Positions 18,061 to 30,000 of a DNA stretch of 64,000 bases are shown here, piece after piece. The DNA is taken from assembly GCF_001194135.2 (NCBI RefSeq), contig NC_068981.1, forward strand, positions 129,356,967 through 129,420,966. Direction: 5' to 3'. The notes under the pieces are model-generated. The model was not told the origin of the DNA and did not search any database. It saw only the letters and a program-made list of their open reading frames with translations. The number at the start of each line of letters is the position of its first letter. Positions within the stretch are counted from its first letter, which is position 1. This stretch comes from Octopus bimaculoides. Taxonomy: Eukaryota. A program made the position numbers and the translations under genes.

Positions 18061-21000
18061 CTGTAGAAAAAAAAAATTGTTAGTAAATAAAAACAGAATT
18101 TAAAAGAATAGCTTCAGTATTAGGAAGCAATAATTAATTATTTGGAAAGGAGACTGATAATTTTAAACTTCATTAATGGAAATGAGCACACTTGGCACTC
18201 CGTCGAGGGTTCCAGTTGATCCAATCAATGGAACAGCCTGCTCGTGAAATTAATGTGCAAGTGGCTGAGCACTCCGCAGACACGTGTACCCTTAACGTAG
18301 TTCTCGGGGATATTCAGCGTGACACAGTGTGACAAGGCTGACCCTTTGAATTACAGGCACAACAGAAACAGGAAGTAAGAGTGAGAGAAAGTTGTGGTGA
18401 AAGAGTACAGCAGGGTTCGCCACCATCCCCTGCCGGAGCCTCGTGGAGCTTTAGGTGTTTTCGCTCAATAAACACTCACAACGCCCGGTCTGTGAATTGA
18501 AACCACGATCCTATGACCGCGAGTCCGCTGCCCTAACCACTGGGCCATTGCGCCTCCACATGAGCACACTAGCATTGTGCTATTCAACAGTCCAGTCCAC
18601 TTAAGCAGAATTAGGATGGAATTTACTTCCGGTATATATAACTGCACTGGATTGATCAATCATGAAAAATCAATTGATCAGATTACACGGGTGTTACTTT
18701 CAATAACAAAACATAGTTATGTCTACAATATAATTGTGTTTTGTTATTGTTATTGTATAGTTAACAGATTTCTCTACAATTGTGGTCCTGATTCAGTGCT
18801 CCTCAGTACAATTTGATGATCTGCAAAATTAACCTATAGTAAATTTAAATGAACATTTTTTCAGCTGTATAAAAAAGAAAATGTGGATTTGTGGATAGAT
18901 ACAGACTGGCTGTATAGTAAGAAGTTTGCTTCCCCACCACATGGTTCTAGATTCAGTCCCACTGTGTGGCACCTGGGACAAATGTCTATTATAGCCCTGG
19001 GCCAACCAAAGCTTTGTGAGTAGATTTGTTAAACAGAAACTGAAAGAAGTGTGTGTGTGTGTGTCTTTACATCCTCATAACTTAGTGGTTTAGCAAGAGA
19101 TTGATAGAATAAGTACCAGGGTCGATACTTTCAACATAAATTTCTTCAATGTGGTGCTCCAGCATAGTCACTGTCTAATGACTGAAACAAGATATATTAC
19201 AGAGCAGGGTAGTCCAAACATGCCACATGCATATTTGAACTGGTAATAACATTATAAGATGCATCTTTTTCTTATTTCTGTTGTTAGACTGTACTCATAT
19301 TTGGGTACAGCCTTGAATGATTCTTTTACTCAAACAAATTGGCCCCAGGACTAATTTTGTTTTTTTAAGCTTGGTGCTTATTCTAGTCAATTTTTGCTGA
19401 ATCAAATTACAGGGATGTAAACAAACCAACACTAGTTGTCAAGAAGTGGTGAGAAACAAGCAAAAAGGTACACACACACACGTGTTTATGATGGGCTTCT
19501 TTCAGTTTCCATTTACCAAATCCACTCACAAGACTGTTCAGTCTGGGACTATAGTAGAAGACACTTATTTTGTACCATGTGGTTGGGGAAGCAAACTTAT
19601 TACACGGCCACACCTGCACCTATGCATGTATGTACTGCAAAAGTAATTTTCTCTAATTTTCAAGTGTTAACTTATTTTAGATCATTAGCTTCAGTAATGA
19701 ATTATGTAAGTTACAACTGATTAAAGTAGTTTAGACTATGCATGTGTACGATTTCTCTACACTGTATACTTATCTAGATTTGAAAAGGGTACAAAAAAGT
19801 ATATTTAAAGTATTTTGCTAAATTGCTAAATGTTTAGTAAAGATTATTAATATATTAAATATATTACCCGTAGAAAGTTTTTATCCCTTTGTTTAATGTC
19901 TGCTTTCCATAGGTATAATGGTTTTTACATGTTTAAATAATAACAGATTAAAGGAGGCGGCTTGCTTTATTGTTAATAATGCATATATTGCTATAGTGAG
20001 GAGGATATTTGACCCTTTAGCATTTAAACTAGCCATACCTGGCAAAAATATTCTACCTGCTTTATGGTGAAACTGGCCAAATCTAGCCTCTCACACCAAC
20101 CCAACAATATCATTCTAAATATAAATGATCCCATCAGCAAAATCTCAAAATTATAAGATAATGTATTATCAATTCAAAACAATGTGAATAAATAAACATG
20201 ACACTCGACAGAGTAATCTGAACTCTAAAGGGTTAAACAAATTCAGGATATCCCAGTGAGTGGTAGGTGTCACCTTTATTAGACTATACATATTTATATC
20301 TTCATATGCATTTAGTTTTCTTAATGATTTATACCAAAGGGAAAAGGTTTAGTTAAACAACTCAATGGTTTCTGTAGATATATCGATATTTCTTATTCCT
20401 AACTACAATTATTTTGAATATTTGCTTGAGAAAATATATCCAGATCTTGTAGCTAACAGAAATGGAGATATGGTAGATGAGGTTAACCATTTAGATATGT
20501 TATGATAATGTAGTTTGAGAGGATAAGGTTGTTACTAGCATTTATAACAGCCTGATAACTTAAATTTTCCTACTGCAACCTTGCCCTAGCACTAAGTTAA
20601 GAGCAGGGCATAATGCGTTTTCCTGTTAGGTTATTAAATACAGAAGGATTATTAATGAGGTTAGTGTATTTTTGGAGAGAAAGAAAATGTTAATGATGCA
20701 TACAGAAAAATCAAGGTTACATTAGGAAATTGACAGTTAAAATTTTTATCTGTTGCTTGGGCAGACACATAATCAGATCTTGAGAAAATTTGGAATAATT
20801 TCTAGTTTACAATTTAGTATTGATCTTTGGAATGATTAGTTTTAATCCAATTGAGAAAGCTCAGTTTCATCATCATCCTCATTTAGCATCCGTTTTCCAT
20901 GCTGGCATGGTAAGATAGTACTGACACTGATCACGAGTACAATTGTTACCAGCACAGGCCAAACAAACTAGTTTAAGTTGTCAGCCTCCCACTTTATAAG

Positions 21001-24000
21001 TTTAAATCTAATCTAACATTAAAGAACTTTGTTAACACACAAAATTTGAATGTGTGTGTGTGTATAACTATATATATATAGTTATATATATATATATATA
21101 TATAAAAACTTGAGGTATTTAACTAAGCTGCTCCCCAATCTCCAATATACTGTAAATTAAAAATATGCATTAGATATAGTCATGAAACATGAATAGAATA
21201 CTTACAAAACTTGAAGTCTGTAAGTTGCCTGGAGTTGTCCACATGGTAGAGCTCAAAGGAGAATAATTCCAAGGAGTCTCAGGGACAGAATTTTGTTGCA
21301 TCAAGAAGTTGGGCCAGTTTTCTATTAAATGAAAAAGATAATGCTGTTAGAACTGGAGGGGGACAAAAAAAAAAAAAAGGTCCTAAAATGAAAACTATTG
21401 TAACACTTACCACTTTTAACTTTATAATCTGATTCAGCCTGAGTGCAGGAGGTTGTCATTGCTGGTTGTAGCAGGTTGCAATTGTAAAAATTTGCTGTAG
21501 AGGAAAAACATTCTTCAAATCAAGAAGATACTAGTTGATATAGAGAGAGCAAGTACAAAATATATATCTTGACTTTTGAGAACATAATCAACATCATTTA
21601 AATTTCAACCATGATTGATTTCATAAAATTAATTATATGAGAAGGATTTAACCGGCCATCATCATTTAATGTCAATTTCTCGTGCTGGCATGGCTTGGAC
21701 AGCTTGACAGGAACTGGTAAGGCCAGGGGCAGCACCAAGTTCCTTAGTCTATTTTGACTTGATTATGGTTGGATGTTCTTCCTAATGCCAACCACTCCAT
21801 AGAAAATTTTATTTATCATTTTTTAGTTTTCTCTTGACTATAAAAGCTTCTGATCCAATTTCCATGACACAATGAGGATTTTAATGTAGAAGCTTAAATT
21901 ATTTTCTACAGAATCATTCACTGCTGCAACTGAAACCATCTGTCTTATACAATTTGTATTATAATCAAATATAAAAGTGAGAAACCTTTATATGCAACAT
22001 CAGTGTACTTCAAATTAAATATACACTATAGAGAAATTGAATTTCAAATAGCAATAGTTACTCTAATTAGTCAATAAATTAATGAGAGAAAATTTACAGA
22101 AGGGTAAGGATGAAGACAAAACTTTCAGAGACTTCATCCAGTCAGTCAATGTAGTAGCTCCAAACTGTGTGGAATTGGTGGTACAATGTACCAAGTTGTA
22201 GCTATCCATACATAACTTGATCAACAAGCTTATTTTTCATTAACTTCATTTCAATAAATATCTCCATCCCTTTCCATTTGTGACACCAGCACTAGAATTG
22301 TTCAACACACTGGACTTCCATTTGTGATAGGATGACAATATAGCCAAACTATGCTCTCTAGTTTAATATCACCATCACCAAGTGCTCAAGCATCTTTTAA
22401 CCTATTGAATCATTTTCAGTGAACTTATAATTAAAATGACAGTGCCTCTGTTAATTTTGACAAGGAGCATTCAGTTATTAGACTAAGTGAACTATCTTAA
22501 CGTGTAAGTGGCTGAGTATTCCACAGACATATACTCTCAGCATAATTCACAAGCCAAATCAGTGTAACAAGACCAAACTTCGGTACATTCTCTCCAACAG
22601 GTTTCTACAGTTTCCTTCAACCCAATTTCATTCACAAGGCTTGGATTGACCTGAGGCTATGGTTAAAAAAAACAACAACTTATACACAACAGTATAGTTG
22701 TAGTATGAAACTAGGTACTTACGAGCAGATGGAGACATCGAGTTATTGGACGAGAAAGAGTCCAAAGAAAACTGAGGAGCTGCTTGGTTCTCAGACCCTA
22801 TTGAAGTGTCAATGAGGGAAGAAGAGATTTGGTTCTCCCGGATTGATGGAAGACTGAAACTGAAAAAAATAAATAAATAAAAATAAAAAAGGTTAAACTT
22901 TATTTTAGTCCTTTGACTGGATCACTGCCATGAAGGATTTTAGTTGAATAAATCGACCTGAGGACTCTTTTTTTAAAGCCTAGTACTTATTCTATTGTTC
23001 TCTTTTGCCAAACTGCTAAGTTACAGGGACATAAACATACCAACACTGGTTGTCAAGTGGTAGTGGGGGATAAATACAGACACACATACACATGACTGGC
23101 ATCTTTCATTTTCTGTCTACCAAATCCACTCGCAAGGCTTTGGTCAGCCTGAGGATATAATAGATTCTTGCCCATGTACCACAGTGGAACTGAACCCTGA
23201 ACCATGTGGTTGGGAAGCAAGCTTCTTACCACACAGCCATGCCTGCCCGTTTACAGTTTACAAAGGAAATCCCCAACATCTTCCTACAATGAGCATTAAG
23301 TTTGCCTTTTCTTATTGGTTTGATCTATAGGGAACCTACCAAACATTACCACCAACTCTCCCTATTTTCAGATAGTAGCTTTCCAAATTGAGATTGCACC
23401 ACTAATAAAGTAATGGAGTATTTTGTAGAAAGAAGTTAGAATTTTTTAAAACTAAATAAAATAAGTGCAACTCGTAAGTTTAAAGAAAGTAAGCAACTAA
23501 GATATTGTATTCTGATGTCAGGAAAATTTAATCTAGCATTGTAAGCCATCAAATTACACACTGTTTTCTAATTCCAACAAATTCTAAACTCAATTTACGA
23601 TGAAAGTAAACAAAGTTTGCTTTAGAAGCATTGAGATGTATTGAAAAGATGCAGAAATAATTTATACTCAAAAACATGATAATGCTAATACAATAGCATG
23701 AACAGGATAAACTATCCATATATTGCAGAAAAATTTGTTACTGGCCAGCCATGAGACTTGAACTCACATCCCTGTGATTATGTGTCAAGTGCTTTACCTT
23801 TAGGCTAAACTGCACAGTCACAAATTGTTCTGCAATTTTTGGATTTATAAATCTAGCTTTATAAGATGCTAACGTTAAATTCAACTTACAATGAAAGTAA
23901 ACGAAACAAAGTTTACTTTAGAAGCGCTGAGATGTATTTGAAAGACACAGAAATAATTTATTCTCAAATGCAATATATGGATAGTTTATCTTGTTCATGC

Positions 24001-27000
24001 TATTGTATAAGCATTATCATGCATTTCAGAATAAATTATTTCTGTATCTTTCAATACATCTCAACACTTCTAAAGCAAACTTTGTTTTGTTTACTTTCAT
24101 CGTAAGTTGAATTTAATGTTAGTGTCTTATAAAGCTAGATTTATAAATCCTAAGTTACTGGGCAGCTTAGCTTAAAGGTAAAGTACTTGACACGTAATCA
24201 CAGGGATGTGGGACAGTTCTATATTTAAGAGATGAGGAATTATGTACATTATCTACATTTGACGGATATTTGTCCTTATCTTGTTTGTTGTTAACACGTT
24301 TCAGCNNNNNNNNNNTATCTTGTTTGTTGTTAACACGTTTCAGCTGATATACCATCAGGTGTCTTGGGGAAATTTTGAACCTGGGTTCTCGTTCCTAAGG
24401 TATTTTTTGAAGTTATTATTAATATTATTCAGGACCGAGCTCGATTCTAAGCAGTGACCTGAATAATAATAACAACGAAAAATACCTTAGGAATGAGAAC
24501 TCGGGTTTGAAATTTCCCCAAGACACTTGAAGGCTGGAGAGTGTATCAGCCGAAACATTGTGTTAACAACAAACATGATGAGGACAAATATCTGTCAAAT
24601 GTAATAATGTATAGGGATGTGAAATCAAGTCTCATGGCCGGCCAGTAACAAATTTTTCTGCAATATATAGATAGGTTATCCTGTTCATGCTATTGTATTA
24701 GCACAGTCATGCTTTTGAGAATAAATTATTTCTGTATCTTTCAATACATCTCAACGCTTCTAAAGCAAACTGTTTTCTTTCATAAGTTGAATTTAACGTT
24801 AGCTTCTTATAAAGCTAGATTTATAAATCCTAAAATTGCAGAACAATTTGTTGCTGGGCAGTTTAGCTTAAAGATAAAGCACTTGATGCATAATCACAGG
24901 GATGTGAGTTCGAGTCTCATGGCTGGCTGGTAATGACTTTTTCTGCAATATATGGATAGTTTATCCTGTTCATGCTATTGTATTAGCATTATGATGTGTT
25001 TGAGAATAAATTATTTCTGTATCTTCCAGTAAATTCTATTTTTTTATCCCTCTTAGCAGTAAGTAAGAGTAGTAAATGTTCAGTGCCTTACTTGGGGAAC
25101 AGCATACTGTCAGTGTTGGTTATTATACTAATTGATAAATATTCATCTAAAAAGGTACAATTTTATTTCAACCTAGGTCAGATTGAGTATTTTATAACAT
25201 TTGTTCTTCCATGCTAAGTGGGTTGGAAAGATCTGCAGTAAAGTGCATTACTATTTTACTTAATTCAGAGAATCTGATCCTAGTATGATTAGTCAGTGTT
25301 TAGTTTAACCCTTTAGCATTTAAACTGGCCCAAACATTCTACTGGTTTTCTGTTTAAACTGGCCAGATCCAGCCTCTCACACCTACTTTTCAATATTGTT
25401 CTAAATATAAACAATCACATCATCAAAATCTCAAAGCTAAAAGATAATGCAAGATTAATTGAAAACAATGTGAATCAATAAGCATTACATTTGACAGTAA
25501 ATCTGAATGCCAGAGGGTTAAATAATTGTAGAGTAAAATTTTGGGTGGGTAGTAGTGAGCAACAAGAGATTTCTTCAAGATTGGAATACGAAAGTTATGA
25601 AGTAATAGTATATACAATGGAGCAGTAACTACTGAAACTCTCTTTGTATTGTTTCACTGACAGTGTTGCAGATGGGAGATATTAATATTGGCTGTTTTGT
25701 AACAATTGATTCAATTTGTAATTCAAAAAAATCTGAAAATTAAATGAGGTTGTAGTGCTTCTTGGCAAAAGTAATATTGTTGACACTGCATGAACCATTA
25801 AGTAGTATATTTTGTGTAAAGAAGACTTTCAATTCCATACAAATATCAATGTAGCCTGATATCATAGCACAGCCAACTTTTGCTGCTAATTGTTGATCAT
25901 CTCTGTTCTATGAAGCACTTAGCTGTGCTCTATTTCACACACAGGAGAAAATAAAGCTTCACATAACATTAAAATAAGCAAAAGGCAAACTTGATGGTGG
26001 GTCATCATCATCATCAATTAATGTCCACTTGTCCATGTTTGCATGGGTTGGACAAAGTTTACCTAGCCAGATTTTCTACAGCTAGATGCCCTTTCTGTTG
26101 TTAACCCATACCTGTATAAGGCAATATTCCTTCATGGTGGGCTTATTTCAGTTCCCATTTACCAAATTCTCTTAAGGTTTTGGGGAGCCTGGAGCTATAG
26201 CATAGGACATGCCCACAATCCCACACTGTAGGACTGAACCTGAAAGCATGTGGTTGGGAAGCAAATTTCTTAACCACACAGCCATATCTGCAGTGAGTAC
26301 AAAAATTTGTGATGGGTTTATTTTTCATACAGTTCATGGATTAAGGCCAAAGAATTCCTTTATGATGTGTGACTAATACTTTTAAGCACATCTGGCAAAG
26401 GATTAATAACTGTCAAGGAGTAAAATAACTGAGTTGAGAATGAAGGCCTTCTTAGAGAGGTGATTAGAGAAAAAAAATGAAGTAGGAAAACAGGCACAGC
26501 TTCTGCTGTGATGATATCTGAAATAAGACAACTTACTTGTTGTAGACAGATGGGCTTGCAGGAGTATTGGTATAGTTGGAGGGTTGGCTGCATCGAGTGG
26601 TAAAAGCACCTGGAAAATATTTACGATGTTAGAAAGGGCAAGAGAGAAATATTCCAGAATACATTTAAAAGTAATTTCTTTAAACTAATGCATTTAATTT
26701 TTCAAATAAAGTAAAAAAAAAAAAAGACTTATTTTTGCTGCTCTGTTGCAAAGTTTTGTGAATTATAAAAAAGTGTGTGTGTGTGTGTAATTTATTCTGT
26801 TTCAAATGATACAATATTTTTGAAGACGGATCTTTTTTAAAACGGGGGCCACATTTTTCATTAATGTTTTACGTAGTGTTTTTGGTACCGAAAGACTTTC
26901 AAACTTCGTATACTTATCTATTTTGTGTTATAGAACAGAAAAATATTTTTGTATTCAAATTTATTTCATGTAAAAAATTGTCTTATTTCGATAATTTCAA

Positions 27001-30000
27001 CCAATCACTGACAAGTATTCAGTTGTTTACATTTACTCCTTTGGCTGATTAAGCCATAGCTTCGTTTTATTTGCTTTTTTCATTTTCTTTTTTTTCTTCT
27101 TCATTTTATTTGCTTTTTTCTTTTTAAATTTGCTGTTTTACTTTAACCCTAACCCTATCACCGATAGAATTGTTTCAGAATCGTTTGTTTATGTAGTCGG
27201 CACTTAATGTATATCGGCTGAATGGACGTCAGTGATTGGTTGAAATTACAGAAATACGACAACTTTAACATGGAATAACTTAAGGATTTCTTTTTTTTTT
27301 TAAGAAGACTAAGAGAAAAAGATGTTTTATATGACACATTCTACCAGTGTTCCAAGTTTCAAAGTGTTTCGTTAATGAAAAATGTGGCCCCCGTTTTAAG
27401 AAAGATCCTTGAAGACTTGCAGTGCACACATATTTTCAGTAAAGTAATATCTGTTGTGTCAATAAAAGATTCTCTACATTTTTGTTCAATCTATGAGATA
27501 CAGCAGCCACACAGTCCTAAATTTCACACTCAGCCATTTAAAATAAAAAAAAACCCAGGATGGTTACATTAGTTTGTTCAGTTGGGGCTGTACTGAGAAT
27601 AAACGAGTAATACCTGATAGTCCATGGTCTGCAAAAAGGTTGAATTCATTCCATTTATTTTCAACTGGACTAGCAGGAGAGCTGCAAGACTTGTTAGACT
27701 TCTGTACAGAAGCTGACGGTCCGATAAGCATGTGAGTGTTGTTAGTATTGTCAATGTTGTTGTTGTTGCTGACCACACTGCTGTAACTGCTTGACCGGCT
27801 ACTAACAGAACTGCTGGCAGGAGAGCTTGGTAATGGAGATGATGAGATCTCTGTGGTGTTGGGATAAAAAGTAGGTGTGCTCAATGCAGTCTGAATTGGA
27901 GACGATGTATAGGAACGGTTGTGTTGAAGGGCAAAATTTTCTGTTTGACTTGCTAAATCACTGAGGTCTCCTAGAAGAAATAAAACAATGCAGTCAGTGA
28001 TGAGAAGGGAAAATTAATATTTCAGGAGAAACATGGGATTACAAATTGACAGCAAAAAGGAACAGCTTCGAAGAGCATTCTTACCAATGGGTGCCACACG
28101 AGCTGGTGTGTCCCATGGATCTTTACATTTCCGCATATAATCATTCTCAGATCGGCTAGAAGCATTATCATCTGGAAAAGGAAAGATTGAGAAGATGAAT
28201 TAGGAAAATATAAAAATTAAAACACGAGGAGCAAAAAATTAAGAAAATAAAAGGGGTAATAGAGAATAAGGCAAGTAACAGTTTACAAAGATATAAAATT
28301 AGCGAAGGTTGGGTAGACTTATTGCTTGTAATGCTGGCAAATAGTGGTTGTTGGTATTATAGTAAAAAGGTTTGGAATGGTGCATACCTTCAGAGCTTGT
28401 GGTGTACCCAAGCCTGGCTTTTCCTTTATTTTGTCTAGGCGCCTTTTTAGTTTTGTTGACCACTTCCACAGTGTATTCCTTTCTCTCAGGAGATTTCTTA
28501 GGTTCCAGATTATAAGGTAGAGCCAGTGTACTGAAATAAAAAGTAGTCAATATATTAGATAGGGAGTTATGCATCTACAATGTTTACTTAAAATCCCCAA
28601 ATAGTCTAAGAAAAGAGGTTTGCCTAACAAAACCCATATTCTTCACTACATTACTTCTTTGGACACCTTAAGAGACAATGGATTTTTACCTTTTAAAAAG
28701 ATTCCTGATCTTATCATGTGTCCAACGTGACGATTTAAATGAAGCTCTAATCAACTCATTTTTACTGACCAAACTATTTTGACACCCTTCTCTAAGACAA
28801 TATTAACCCAACAAACTTTATCTTGTTCAGTAACAATCATGCTGCTTTGTCCTGTAGATTTAAATATATGCACAAACTCTCAAAAAATTTTACAGCATTT
28901 CTTGTACTCAAAATCAGTTAAAATTTTGGATATATGTGCCCTCCATAGGCAAGGGATAACATCTGTTCAGCCATCCTGCCAGGATACAGTTAAGTCAGGG
29001 GACTGCAACATTGTGGACTGTGAAGAGCTCAACTGAGCCAATGGTGCTTCTTACGTTGAAGCTGAGCAGAGGAATCCTAGAAAATCAATGATCAGGATCA
29101 CAAACTGTCAAGGGAGTAACTGTAATGCAACCATAGGGGTGGCGTCCATGGTGGTAATCAACTAATGAAAGATTCACTTTGACTCAAGTCCCCAATTCAA
29201 ATTCATAATGAAATTGGATGATGACAGAGTTATGGGAAGCTGCAAAAGCAGCAAAAAAAAAATTCTTACTTAGGTTTCCAGATATTTCCACCATAAGTAT
29301 CTTTGGGGTTCACTTTTATTTTCTTGTGAGCTTTTGATCGTGTAGTCAACTCAAAATCATCATCAGCATAGACAATGTCTTCAATAATTGGAGAATGTTT
29401 CTCAACTGGTTTGGATTTCTTGGACTTGGATTTTGATACCTCCGAAAAATTGTTGGAATTATTACTTGCTTCCCTGGAACAATTCTAGAAAGGAATAAAC
29501 AATATTAATTTTTAAAATAATCTTTAGTAGTAGGCACAAGGATTGAAATTTTAGGGAAGGTAGGCTAGTTGATTACATTAACTCCATTGCTCAACTGGTA
29601 TTTATTTTATCAACCCCGAAAGGATAAAAGGCAGAGTTGGCCTTGGTAGCATTTGAATTCAGAATATAAAGCTGGATGAAATGCCAGTAAGCATTTTGTC
29701 CAATGTGTTAATGATTCTGCCAGCTCACCGCCTTAAATTTTAAAAACAACCTGCTAACAGTAGAGCATTCATCCATTTTTTTATAGCATAACTCAACTTA
29801 TGTTGGATCATGCTGTAAATCCAAGACATTTGCATAAGTTACATAACAGATATATAGTTAACAATTTTATTAGGTGTTTAATATCCAGGAGATAATGTAG
29901 TAGCTTAGCATAATAAAATTGGACGGGAGACTCTAAAGCGAGAAGAAAAAAAAGTGTACAAAACCTTTTCTTCAAAATCACCCGTGGAAGATTCTGTTGT

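Larger units (their letters stand above)
23595..25030. repeat. ~285-bp tRNA(Met)-like tandem repeat cluster with an internal inversion
   Basis: Minus-oriented units 23595-23972, plus-oriented units 23972-24210 and 24613-25030; tRNA-like heads at about 23743-23815 (-), 24160-24210 (+, interrupted), 24857-24927 (+). Confidence 0.75.

Noticed and set aside
24277-24344. 29-bp direct repeat flanking a 10-N gap
   Set aside because: Identical sequence on both sides of the gap indicates an unmerged contig overlap
24857-24927. Functional tRNA-Met gene
   Set aside because: Anticodon and acceptor stems have several mismatches; kept only as tRNA-like
29053-29076. Possible 22-nt TMEM131 micro-exon (ttctag|...|gtaaga)
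   Set aside because: Not frame-preserving, flanking exons already join in phase, and no supporting evidence
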